Of a stretch of DNA of 64,000 bases, positions 46,799 to 57,342 are shown piece after piece; positions within the stretch are counted from its first letter, which is position 1, and each line of letters opens with the position of its first letter. The notes beneath the pieces were generated by a model. The model ran no database searches. It saw only the letters and a list, made by a program, of their open reading frames with translations, and was not told the DNA's origin. The translations under genes were made by a program, and so were the position numbers. The stretch is from Abditibacterium sp. (GTDB taxonomy: Bacteria; Armatimonadota; Abditibacteriia; Abditibacteriales; Abditibacteriaceae), in assembly GCA_965246885.1 (NCBI GenBank), contig OZ251992.1, positions 2,368,001 through 2,432,000 on the forward strand. Direction: 5' to 3'.

Positions 46799-48706
46799 AT
46801 GATTCAAGTCACTTTTCCCGACGGCAACTCCCGTTCTTTTGAAGACGGCGCATCGCCGCTCGCCATTGCCCAATCTATCGGCGCCCGCTTGGGAGCCGCC
46901 GTGTTAGCCGCGCACGTGAACGACCAGCCTTGGGACTTGACGCGCGCCCTCGAAGGCGATGCCTCGCTGCGCTTGTTCACGTTCAATGATGCCGAGGGCC
47001 GCGAGGTCTATCGCCACTCCTCGACGCACCTCATGGCCCAAGCGGTCAAGGCGCTGTTCCCAGACGCGTTGCTGACGGTCGGCCCGCCGTTGGAGGACAA
47101 GTTCTACTACGACATCGAACTGCCCGGTTTGGGCGAGGCGGACTTTCCAGCCATCGAAGCCAAGATGCGCGAGTTCGCCGACGCCGATTTGCCCATCGTC
47201 CGCGAGGAAATAACCCGCGAGGAAGCCGCGCGCTTGTTCGCCGACGACCATTATAAGTTGGAAGTGTTGGCCGATATTCCGGCAGATGCGCCGATTACCA
47301 TCTACAAGCAGGGCGACTGGTTTGACCTGTGTCGCGGGCCGCACTTGCCTTCGACGGGCCGGATAAAGGCGTTCAAACTGCTGTCGGTCGCGGGCGCATT
47401 TTGGAAGGGCGACGCCAAAAACGCGCAACTCGCACGGCTGTATGGCACGTCGTTCCCGTCCCAGAAGGAGTTGGACGAACACATGGCGCGGCTCGAAGAA
47501 GCCAAGGCGCGCGACCACCGCAAATTGGGGCGCGAGTTGGGCTTGTTTGTGATGTCCGCCGATGTTGGGCCGGGGCTACCGCTTTGGACGCCCAAGGGAA
47601 CGCAGTTGCGTTACAACCTCGAAAGTTTCATTCGGACGGAGTTGGTCAAGCGGGGGTATCAGATGGTGGTCACGCCACATATCGCCTCGACCGAACTGTT
47701 CAAGAAGTCGGGGCACATCCCGGCGTATCAGGGTTCGATGTTCCCGATTATGCGAAACGAGGACGGCGACGAGTTCGCGCTCAAGCCCGTCAACTGCCCG
47801 TTCCATATCGCCATGTTCGCGTCGTCGCCGCGCTCTTACCGCGAACTTCCCCTCCGCTACGCGGAGTTTGGCACAGTTTACCGGTGGGAACTGAGCGGCG
47901 AAGTGGGGGGCCTGACGCGCGTGCGCGGCTTCACGCAGGACGACGCGCACATCTTTTTGCGCGCCGATCAGTTGGTCGAGGAGTTCAAGCAGCAGGTGGA
48001 CTTGGTGCTGCTGGTGCTTAACCGCTTGGGTTTGAGTTTCACGGCGCGCGTGGGCTTGCGCGACCCGGATGGGGATAAATCCATCGGGTCGGATGAAGCA
48101 TGGGCCGAATCCGAGGCGTCACTGCTCCAAGCCGTGCAGGAGATGGGCATGGAGCATACCGTCGCCGAAGGAGAAGGCGCCATTTACGGCCCGAAACTCG
48201 ACTTCATCGTGTCGGACGCGATAGGCCGCCAGTGGCAACTGGGGACGGTGCAGGTGGATTATGTGTTGCCCGAACGCTTCGGTCTGGAATATACCGGACA
48301 AGACGGCAAAAAGCACCGCCCCGTGATGATCCACCGCGCGCCGTTTGGGTCGTTGGAGCGCTTCACGGGCGTGCTCATCGAGCACTTTGCGGGCGCGTTC
48401 CCGCTTTGGCTGGCGCCCACGCAAATCCAGATACTGCCCATCGCCGACCGTCATCACGAGTGGGCGCTCGCGGTGGCCAAGCGGCTGGGCGATGAGGGTT
48501 TCCGCGTCGAAACGAACTTCGACAACGAGAAAGTGGGCGCGAAAATCGCCGTCGCAGAAGCGCAGAAGGTGCCTTACATGGCGGTCGTGGGCGACAAGGA
48601 AGTGGAGGCCCAATCGGTTGCCTTGCGCGCACGGGGCAAGAAGGACTTGGGCGTGGTGGGGATAGATGCGCTCGTGGAGCGTCTGCGGGCGGAAGAAGCG
48701 CAATAA
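46799..48706 (+). CDS. thrS: Threonyl-tRNA synthetase
   Basis: HSSTHLMAQA, DLCRGPH, RDHRKLG, KPVNCPFH, RVRGFTQDDAH, YGPKLD, IHRAPFGSLERF. Confidence 0.99.
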   Translation: MIQVTFPDGNSRSFEDGASPLAIAQSIGARLGAAVLAAHVNDQPWDLTRALEGDASLRLFTFNDAEGREVYRHSSTHLMAQAVKALFPDALLTVGPPLEDKFYYDIELPGLGEADFPAIEAKMREFADADLPIVREEITREEAARLFADDHYKLEVLADIPADAPITIYKQGDWFDLCRGPHLPSTGRIKAFKLLSVAGAFWKGDAKNAQLARLYGTSFPSQKELDEHMARLEEAKARDHRKLGRELGLFVMSADVGPGLPLWTPKGTQLRYNLESFIRTELVKRGYQMVVTPHIASTELFKKSGHIPAYQGSMFPIMRNEDGDEFALKPVNCPFHIAMFASSPRSYRELPLRYAEFGTVYRWELSGEVGGLTRVRGFTQDDAHIFLRADQLVEEFKQQVDLVLLVLNRLGLSFTARVGLRDPDGDKSIGSDEAWAESEASLLQAVQEMGMEHTVAEGEGAIYGPKLDFIVSDAIGRQWQLGTVQVDYVLPERFGLEYTGQDGKKHRPVMIHRAPFGSLERFTGVLIEHFAGAFPLWLAPTQIQILPIADRHHEWALAVAKRLGDEGFRVETNFDNEKVGAKIAVAEAQKVPYMAVVGDKEVEAQSVALRARGKKDLGVVGIDALVERLRAEEAQ

Positions 48707-48708
48707 GG

Positions 48709-48773
48709 AACCCAGAGCGTGAGCGACGGGCTTTTCGCTACACAGACGCCCGTCGCTCGCGCTCTGGGTTTTT
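48709..48773 (+). repeat. 23-bp-arm inverted repeat (REP-like or terminator) between thrS and infC
   Basis: AACCCAGAGCGTGAGCGACGGGC...GCCCGTCGCTCGCGCTCTGGGTT followed by TTT. Confidence 0.7.
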
Positions 48774-48823
48774 AATTGGTTGCGGCATACTATGGCCGTG
48801 AATTTTTTTGAGGTGGTGCGTTT

Positions 48824-49561
48824 ATAGCACTTCGTCGCAACACACGGCGTCCCGACAATCGGCGGGAATTTCCGATGATCAACGACCGCATTCGCGTCCC
48901 GCAAGTGCGCGTTGTGGATCAAGACAACAATCAGATCGGCATCATGCCCACGCGCGAGGCCATTGACATGGCGCGCGATAAGGGCCTCGATCTGGTTTTG
49001 GTGGCCGCCCAAGCGCAGCCGCCAGTCTGCCGCATCATTTCCTACGGCAAGTGGAAATACGAGCAGTCCAAGAAAGACTCCAAGCCCAAGGGCAAAGAAC
49101 TGAAGATGGTGCGCCTGCATCCGCGCACCGGCCCGCACGACCGCGACATTCTCATCCGCAACTGCGACCGCTTCTTGCGCGACGGGCACAAAGTCCGCGT
49201 CCTCTGTCAGTTCAAGGGCCGCGAAAACGCTTACCCGGAGCTTGGCAAAGCGCAAATGGACGCCATCGCGGAGGCTCTGGTGGAAAGCGGGGGTGTTGAG
49301 GGCGTCGTCACCAAGCAGGGCCGCGACATGACGATGATGCTTGTGCCCAAACCCGGTGTCAAGCCCTTACCCAAAGGCTCCAAGGCCGACAAAGCGGCGC
49401 TGGCCGAAGAAGAAGCCTTCGCCAAACAGCAAGCGGATTTGGCCGCCGAAGCCGCAGCCGAGGCCCTCGCGGCGGGCGAAACCCCCGTTATCGAAGCCGA
49501 AGAGGATGTCGAGGAAGGGGACGACGCGGGCGAGGAAGCAACCGAAACGGACGAGGCCTAA
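48824..49561 (+). CDS. infC: Translation initiation factor IF-3, probable ATA start, acidic C-terminal extension
   Basis: INDRIRVPQVRVV, GLDLVLV, PPVCRI, YGKWKYE, GHKVRV, FKGRE. SD GAGGTGG lies 7 nt before the in-frame ATA at 48824; the first ATG is at 48875. Confidence 0.93.
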   Translation: MALRRNTRRPDNRREFPMINDRIRVPQVRVVDQDNNQIGIMPTREAIDMARDKGLDLVLVAAQAQPPVCRIISYGKWKYEQSKKDSKPKGKELKMVRLHPRTGPHDRDILIRNCDRFLRDGHKVRVLCQFKGRENAYPELGKAQMDAIAEALVESGGVEGVVTKQGRDMTMMLVPKPGVKPLPKGSKADKAALAEEEAFAKQQADLAAEAAAEALAAGETPVIEAEEDVEEGDDAGEEATETDEA

Positions 49562-49572
49562 AGCGCTTCGTC

Positions 49573-51081
49573 CTACGGCACTGCGACGCTTGCCGTCGCC
49601 AGTGTCGTGGCGCTTCCGAGCGCAGTTTGCTGCTCGACCGTCACTTGCACCGTGTCCCCTGACATGGGCGCAAGGGGCGCGAGCGGAATGGAGACTGGCT
49701 GCTTGGGAGTGAGGTTGCCCATCCAGAGCATTTTCGCCGCGTCCGCTTTGCCCGCGATTTTTCCCGTCACGCGCGCGCCGGTTACGGGGTGCTCGACGGA
49801 CAGTGTGATGTGAAGCGGCGCGGGCGGGCTGCTTTTTACCAAAGCCGTTCGCTCCCGTGCGGCCAAAGCGTTGGCACTTTTTGCGGCAAAGCGGCTTGTG
49901 GGGCGGGCGGCGCCGCGCAGGATGGCGCCCGCTTGGGGTTGGGCAAGGGCGGGCGCATTGCCGGGAAGCCCTGCCGCCGAATCCATCGCGGCGCCGTTGG
50001 CATCCGGCTGGGAGCCTGCCATCGCGCCGTTGCGGGCGAAGGCTCCCCCACCTGACGCGGATGGCGCCACGTCTTGCGCCGCTTCTGGCGCGGGGGCCGG
50101 AAGTGGCGGAGCGAGAGCGGGCGACGATTCCACCGCGTCCATGCGTCCCGCCGTTGCCGCGACTGGCGCGGTTTCGAGGGCGACCCGCAACCCCAACGTC
50201 CGGCCCGTCGGCGCCTCAAGTTTCGCCGCGAGGCGAGGCTCTGTCGGCATTTGCAAGCGCGGCGCCGGGGGTTTCATCGCGCCGGACAGCGGTGCAGGGA
50301 AGCTCGACGCGGGGTGCGGCTGGGGCGCGGGCGGCGATAGCTTGGGCGGCGCGGCTTTACGCATGCGGTGCGGCGCTGGCGCGGCGCGGGGCGGCGGCGC
50401 TTCAACCCGAAGCGGCGCTTGCGGCGGCGGCGCCATCACCGGCGGGATGGGCGCCACAAATGGTTGCGGCGCGGGAGCAATTTTCGGGAGCGGGGCCGAT
50501 GGCTTGGAAGCGGACGCCGCCGTTTTCGGCGCGGGCGCGGCAGGTTTCGGGGCGGGTGGTGCCGCTTTGGGGGCGGCGTTCTTCTGCGGCATGGCGCCGT
50601 CCGCCGTTTGCGGCTGGGGCGCGACTTTGGCGGCGGGCGCGGCGTCCTGCTGTGCGCTGACGGAAGATGGGATGGGCGCTTGCGCGCGCTCCATCAGGAA
50701 CGGGCGCGCGACGAGAAAGAGCAGCGCCGCCGACGCGACGGCGCCGCCCGTCCACGCCCAGCGTCCAAACGCCCGACTGCGGGCCGGGGGAAGCGGCGCG
50801 GAAGTTTCGCGCTCCAAAGCGCGGCGGACATTGGCCCGAAGTGCGGCGGGAACGGCGGGCGGTGGTGGGGCGGGGGCCATCAGCGCGAGGCGAACTTCCA
50901 CATGCGCGCGAAGCTGCGCCGCGCAGTCAGGACAGTCGCGCGCGACTTCTTCGAGCATCAGTGCCGCTTGCGCGCGCGCCCACTCGCCCGATTCGCCGCG
51001 CTGCAAGGGCGCGCGCAGGTCGTCGATTCGCTCGTCGAGCCGTTCTTGGCACTGGGGGTAGTTCATCGCGGTCTTAACCAT
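49573..51081 (-). CDS. Putative anti-sigma factor (ZAS-like N-terminus, TM, Pro/Ala-rich extracytoplasmic region)
   Basis: YPQCQERL...CPDC, one TM (WTGGAVASAALLFLVA); overlaps the 3' end of the ECF sigma gene. Confidence 0.65.
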   Translation of the reverse strand: MVKTAMNYPQCQERLDERIDDLRAPLQRGESGEWARAQAALMLEEVARDCPDCAAQLRAHVEVRLALMAPAPPPPAVPAALRANVRRALERETSAPLPPARSRAFGRWAWTGGAVASAALLFLVARPFLMERAQAPIPSSVSAQQDAAPAAKVAPQPQTADGAMPQKNAAPKAAPPAPKPAAPAPKTAASASKPSAPLPKIAPAPQPFVAPIPPVMAPPPQAPLRVEAPPPRAAPAPHRMRKAAPPKLSPPAPQPHPASSFPAPLSGAMKPPAPRLQMPTEPRLAAKLEAPTGRTLGLRVALETAPVAATAGRMDAVESSPALAPPLPAPAPEAAQDVAPSASGGGAFARNGAMAGSQPDANGAAMDSAAGLPGNAPALAQPQAGAILRGAARPTSRFAAKSANALAARERTALVKSSPPAPLHITLSVEHPVTGARVTGKIAGKADAAKMLWMGNLTPKQPVSIPLAPLAPMSGDTVQVTVEQQTALGSATTLATASVAVP

Positions 51082-51712
51082 CACCTCGACTGGGGCCGAG
51101 GTCGAAAAGTTCCCTCGCGTCGCCCAGAGCGTCTTTCAGCGCGGCGCGCGCGCGGCTCAGGCGGCTCTTGAGCGTGCCCATCGGCACTTCCAAAAGGGCG
51201 CAACATTCTTCGTAGGAGCGGCCTTCGAGGTCGAACAAGACAAGAACCGCGCGGTGTTCGGGCGAGACTCTTCCCAAGGCGCTCCGCACCGCCGCGCGCT
51301 TTTCGTGTTCGAGGGCGGTCTGGGCGGGCGATGGGGCGTCGGAGGGCGGGTCGTATTCCTCGCCGCCCGTCTCGCCTTCCTTGGCCAACGAGGAAAAGGG
51401 GCGCGGCGCCTTTTGGCGGCGTTTGGCGCTGTCGTGGACGACGTTGATGGCGATGCGATGCAGCCACGTCCCGAACGCGCAGTCGCCCCGAAAACTCTTG
51501 AGCGAGCGAAAGGCGCGGATGAAGGTGTCCTGCGCCGCGTCCTGCGCTTCGTCGGCGTCGCGGAGCGACCACGCGCAGAAGCGGAAGATGCGCTCCTGAT
51601 GCTGGCCGACCAAGCGGTCAAAAGCGTCCAAGTCCCCCCGCCGCGCCGCGTCCACATCGCGCTCATCGGAAACAAGCGGCAGGGGCGGTGGGGAAGAACG
51701 GAAGGGCGTCAC
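51074..51712 (-). CDS. ECF sigma-70 factor
   Basis: GDLDAFDRLV, EAQDAAQDTFIRAF, FGTWLHRIAIN, EGRSYEE...GTLKSRLSRAR. Confidence 0.95.
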   Translation of the reverse strand: MTPFRSSPPPLPLVSDERDVDAARRGDLDAFDRLVGQHQERIFRFCAWSLRDADEAQDAAQDTFIRAFRSLKSFRGDCAFGTWLHRIAINVVHDSAKRRQKAPRPFSSLAKEGETGGEEYDPPSDAPSPAQTALEHEKRAAVRSALGRVSPEHRAVLVLFDLEGRSYEECCALLEVPMGTLKSRLSRARAALKDALGDARELFDLGPSRGDG

Positions 51713-51733
51713 GAAATCGGGGCTTAGTGTGTC

Positions 51734-53332
<1,599 letters not shown>

Positions 53333-53383
53333 AGCGCGCAGTTTGGCGCGTCCTGTCGGAGCGAGAGGCGCCACACTGCAAGT

Positions 53384-53995
53384 GTGAAAATTTTAGGGTT
53401 GACCGGAGATATTGCTGCGGGCAAATCAACGGTGGCGGGAATGCTGGGAGCGCGGGGTGCGCATCATCTCGATGCCGATTTGGGGGTACGCGAACTGTAT
53501 GCACAAGCCGACTTTGCCGCGCGCGTGGCGGCGGAGTTCGGCGACGTTCTGGATACGTCGGGCGGGGTTGACCGCATCAAGCTGGGCGCCATCGTCTTCG
53601 CCGACGCCGAGCAGTTGCTGCGCTTGGAAGCGATCGTCCATCCCGCCGTCGCGCAGTTGCGCGAAGAACAACTGGAAGAGCTACGCGCCCAAGGCACGCA
53701 GTGGGTCGTCATCGAAGCCGTGAAACTGCTCGAAAGCGGCCAAGCTCAGGTATGCGACGAGGTATGGTGCCTCACGACATGGCACCGCACCCAAGTCGAG
53801 CGCTTGATGGAGCGGCGCAACCTGTCGCGCGACGAGGCTCTTGCCCGCCTCGAAGCGCAGCCTTCGCCCGAAGCCAAGCGCGTGTTGGCGGGCAAAGTGC
53901 CTCTCCTCTTCATTCCCAACAACGGCACCTTAGAGAATTTGCAAAAGCGCGTGGATAAGGAATGGGCGCGGTTCGTCAAGGGAGAGACTTTCTGA
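53384..53995 (+). CDS. coaE: Dephospho-CoA kinase
   Basis: ILGLTGDIAAGKST, LDAD, VDRIKLG, LEAIVHP, KLLES. Confidence 0.95.
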   Translation: MKILGLTGDIAAGKSTVAGMLGARGAHHLDADLGVRELYAQADFAARVAAEFGDVLDTSGGVDRIKLGAIVFADAEQLLRLEAIVHPAVAQLREEQLEELRAQGTQWVVIEAVKLLESGQAQVCDEVWCLTTWHRTQVERLMERRNLSRDEALARLEAQPSPEAKRVLAGKVPLLFIPNNGTLENLQKRVDKEWARFVKGETF

Positions 53996-54056
53996 GCCAT
54001 CACCAGCCTTCCTTTAACCTTTTCGCAACCCGCCGCCTTTACACTGGGAGCGTTTC

Positions 54057-55073
54057 ATGAAATTTGCGCCCGATTCCACACCCGTTCCTGCCACTCCTGC
54101 TCCTTTCACCGACAACGGCACGGCGCCAGCCCCCGCCGCGTTGGATACTCCCGAACTGGCTCGATTACTCGGCGCCTTGGTGCAGAACGTCGAGTGGGTG
54201 ATTTTGGGCAAGCGCGAACTCATTGAAGCGTGCTTGATTGGGCTTCTGGCGGGCGGTCACGTGTTGCTCGAAGATGTGCCGGGCGTTGGCAAAACGATGC
54301 TCGCGCGCTCCCTCGCCAAAACGCTGGGCGTTTCCAGCAAGCGCATCCAGTTCACGCCCGACCTCTTGCCTTCGGATATTACCGGCACGATGATCTACGA
54401 CCCGAACGAAGGGCGCTTCCACTTCCGCGAAGGGCCAATCTTTGCGCACGTCGTTTTGGCCGACGAGATCAACCGCTCCAGCCCCAAGACGCAGTCCGCG
54501 CTCTTGGAATGTATGGAAGAAGGGCAGGTCACGATGGATTTGCAATCGCGCCCGTTGCCCGATCCGTTTTTCGTCATCGCCACACAAAACCCGATGGAGT
54601 CCGAAGGCGTGTATCCCCTGCCCGATTCGCAGTTAGACCGCTTCGCTTTGCGCCTAAGCGTGGGCTACCCGCACCCCGACGCCGAGCGGATGCTGATGAA
54701 AGGGCAGCGTTTGCATCATCCCATCGAGGACTTACAATCCATCACTGACGCGCACACCATCAGACAAATGCAAGAGGCCGTGCGCCGCATCAACATCGCG
54801 GACGCGGTCTACGATTACATCCTGCGCTTGGCCAATGCTTCGCGCCAGCACCCGAAACTGCGCTTGGGACTGAGTCCGCGCGGCGCCTTGACGCTGGGAC
54901 GTTGTGCCCAAGCCCACGCCGCGTTTCGGGGGCGCGACTTCGTTATTCCCGACGACGTGAAACTCCTTGCTCCCATCGTGATGAGCCACCGGCTGGTGGG
55001 ACAACCCGAAACGCGCTTATCCGGTGGCACTCGCGTCGTGGTCGAAGATATTCTAAAAACTGTCGCGGTCTAA
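54057..55073 (+). CDS. MoxR-family AAA+ ATPase
   Basis: HVLLEDVPGVGKT, RIQFTPDLLPSDITG, LADEINR, ATQNP, LDRF, SPRG. Confidence 0.95.
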   Translation: MKFAPDSTPVPATPAPFTDNGTAPAPAALDTPELARLLGALVQNVEWVILGKRELIEACLIGLLAGGHVLLEDVPGVGKTMLARSLAKTLGVSSKRIQFTPDLLPSDITGTMIYDPNEGRFHFREGPIFAHVVLADEINRSSPKTQSALLECMEEGQVTMDLQSRPLPDPFFVIATQNPMESEGVYPLPDSQLDRFALRLSVGYPHPDAERMLMKGQRLHHPIEDLQSITDAHTIRQMQEAVRRINIADAVYDYILRLANASRQHPKLRLGLSPRGALTLGRCAQAHAAFRGRDFVIPDDVKLLAPIVMSHRLVGQPETRLSGGTRVVVEDILKTVAV

Positions 55074-55079
55074 ACCAAC

Positions 55080-55111
55080 TGCCCCTTCCGAACTTCGGAA
55101 GGGGCACTTTT
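55080..55111. terminator. Hairpin terminator between convergent moxR and TadG-like genes
   Basis: TGCCCCTTCCGAA-C-TTCGGAAGGGGCA followed by CTTTT. Confidence 0.7.
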
Positions 55112-55114
55112 GGC

Positions 55115-56635
55115 TTAGCGGATGAGTTGCACGGTGCCGGGGCTACCGGGGCCAGCGTTGGAGTAAGACATGTCCCAAATCGAGGTGTCGCCCAAGCCCG
55201 CCGTGTAGTGGGCATACCAAGTACCTTGGGTGTAGTTGGCGGGCACGTTGATGATGTCACTGGCGAAGGTATCGTTGCTCGACAAGGTTCCGGGGAATGT
55301 CATTCCCGGCAGAGTGCTACAGGTATATGTGATGCCTGTAGCATTGACGTCGGTGTCGAACTTGGTGATTTTCATCGTGCCCCCCGCCGCCGCCGTAGGA
55401 ACGCTACCCAAAGCGATGTCTACGGTTCCCGAAACGTTAAAGTTCAAAGGCAGGTGCCCATCGGCAGTGACTTTAGTGCCGTTGTTTGGGTCGAAGGTCT
55501 GTTTTCCAGTCAACTGCGGGCCAGCGCGCAAGCTGAAACCGTTCTCGCTGGAGCCAGCGATGGACGTGACGTTGACGCGGTAATTGGAGTTGGACTTCGA
55601 GCGGCTGGAGCGTGTGTCGTTGAGTAGCGTGACCCACTTGTTGTTGGCCGCAATGTCGGCGGCGCTGGATCCGCCATAGGTCATGGAGCCGAGAAAGACG
55701 TCGTCATTGGGGTTTCCCGGCGTGCCGTTGTCATCGTAGACAGAGTATTTGGTTGTCGTGGCGTCGGGGGACGTGCCATCCGAGTTACGCCTTCCATCCG
55801 CGCCGCCCGACTGACGCAACTCATCTATTTGCATGGCGCCTGACGAGTCGTTGCCGCCCGCGTTGACGCCAAGAGAATTGATGCAGTCGGGGTCATACAC
55901 TTCGATGGTCGGCACTTTGGTAGTTGTGGGGACGGACACGTTGAAGTTGTAACCGTTGGGGTTGTAAAGTGGGTTGGGGCTGCCGTTGTTGAGGTTGGTG
56001 GTCGAGTAGCAATCACCATAAGAGTGCAACCCGGCAGGGCCGAAGACGGACAAGTTGACGGGGCCGTTGGCAAGGCCATAGGTGCCCAAGCCCGCGATGT
56101 CAATGGGAGCAAGCGTGCTGTAAAGCGCGACGGCGGTGGCGGTGATGGGCACGGTGCGGCGCCCGATGATGCCACCAAACAGGGTGGGTTGGTTGCGCGT
56201 GACGACGACGCGGTACCAGTTGTTGCGGTCGGGGTTGGTGGTGGCGTCGGCGGCCAGACTTTGCTTTTCGCGCGCCGGGTAATACACCAGCACGTTCCAC
56301 TTACCCGCGCTGGCCGTAGCGTTGGCTCCCGTCACGTCGTAGCCGTTCTTGGCGGCGTAGTCCAAGGCGGCGGCTTGGGCATCGGGCACGTCTTGGGTTG
56401 GATCGGCTCCGGGGTGAGCCAATCGCCACGCGCCCGCGAGCGCCGCCGCATCCGCCGCACGTTGCATCGCTTGTTTTTCGCGGTAAACGCTGCCCATATC
56501 CACCACTAAGCCCGCCGTGCCCAAGATGGCCGTCATCAAGAGCGCGGTATAAACCACCGCCATACCCCGACGCCGCGCGGACGAAGGGATAATCGCTTTG
56601 GTGCGCGCCCGAAAATTACGAGAATAGTTCATCAT
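55115..56635 (-). CDS. TadG-like pilus protein (copy 2)
   Basis: RRRG|MAVVYTALLM...GLVVDMG...MQRAADAAALAGA; ATGA overlap with the TadE-like gene. Confidence 0.88.
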   Translation of the reverse strand: MMNYSRNFRARTKAIIPSSARRRGMAVVYTALLMTAILGTAGLVVDMGSVYREKQAMQRAADAAALAGAWRLAHPGADPTQDVPDAQAAALDYAAKNGYDVTGANATASAGKWNVLVYYPAREKQSLAADATTNPDRNNWYRVVVTRNQPTLFGGIIGRRTVPITATAVALYSTLAPIDIAGLGTYGLANGPVNLSVFGPAGLHSYGDCYSTTNLNNGSPNPLYNPNGYNFNVSVPTTTKVPTIEVYDPDCINSLGVNAGGNDSSGAMQIDELRQSGGADGRRNSDGTSPDATTTKYSVYDDNGTPGNPNDDVFLGSMTYGGSSAADIAANNKWVTLLNDTRSSRSKSNSNYRVNVTSIAGSSENGFSLRAGPQLTGKQTFDPNNGTKVTADGHLPLNFNVSGTVDIALGSVPTAAAGGTMKITKFDTDVNATGITYTCSTLPGMTFPGTLSSNDTFASDIINVPANYTQGTWYAHYTAGLGDTSIWDMSYSNAGPGSPGTVQLIR

Positions 56636-57153
56636 CCGGTGAGTCCTTGCTCCATCACAAAGGTCGCTTTGGTCGTGTAGTTGCCGTTCCACCGGCTTAG
56701 GCCGGGGAACTGAGAGCCGATGAACAGCTTCTTGGTCATCGGATAGGTGACGGTCATCACCAGTGCCTGTCCGACCACGCGGCTACTGGCGGAGGGCGTG
56801 ACGGTGACGGTCAGATCCGACCATTTGATGGTCGTAAGTCCCGCCGTTTGCCCTTTCATGTAGTACTTCCAACTCCCGGAGGTGTTCTCGTCGGAGTCGA
56901 AGTTGGTGCTTTGGGCGTGCACTGCCGCCCAGCGCCCGCCATCGCGCGCCAGTTGCTCGACTTGGTTCGTCGTGGACATGATGACGCCGAACTGCAAGAT
57001 GCCCAGCGTGAGCGGCATCAAGATGAACGCCAAACACAGCGAGGTTTCCACCAACACAGAAGCGCGGCGCGAACGCCGCGCGCCGCCCTGCGAGTTAGAA
57101 GCAAAGCGGGCGCAGAGCGTAAAGATAGAAGATGTGGGAAAACGAGCAACCAT
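56632..57153 (-). CDS. TadE-like pseudopilin (copy 2)
   Basis: RRA|SVLVETSLCLAFILMPLTLGILQFG...ARDGGRWA...VTYP. Confidence 0.85.
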   Translation of the reverse strand: MVARFPTSSIFTLCARFASNSQGGARRSRRASVLVETSLCLAFILMPLTLGILQFGVIMSTTNQVEQLARDGGRWAAVHAQSTNFDSDENTSGSWKYYMKGQTAGLTTIKWSDLTVTVTPSASSRVVGQALVMTVTYPMTKKLFIGSQFPGLSRWNGNYTTKATFVMEQGLTG

Positions 57154-57230
57154 TGGAAGACCTCAATTCAAACCTCCCGACACATATGCGAGGAATTGGC
57201 CACTGAATCCGGCTTATATGAGGTCTTCCA
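57154..57230 (-). promoter_or_regulatory. 5'-UTR stem occluding the tadE Shine-Dalgarno sequence
   Basis: Perfect 12-bp inverted repeat TGGAAGACCTCA (57154-57165) / TGAGGTCTTCCA (57219-57230); one arm abuts the ATG and carries GAGGT on the mRNA strand. Confidence 0.55.
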
Positions 57231-57300
57231 CGCCAGCCTGCCACTTTCACATGCGCAAGAATTTATTTTTCTCGGCGGGGCGTTCGGGGCGTCAGACGCG

Positions 57301-57332
57301 CAAAAGCGCCCCGCTTATGCAGGGCGCTTTTG
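57301..57332 (-). terminator. Hairpin after TadG-like copy 1
   Basis: CAAAAGCGCCC...GGGCGCTTTTG. Confidence 0.6.
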
Positions 57333-57342
57333 GAAGAGCGGA

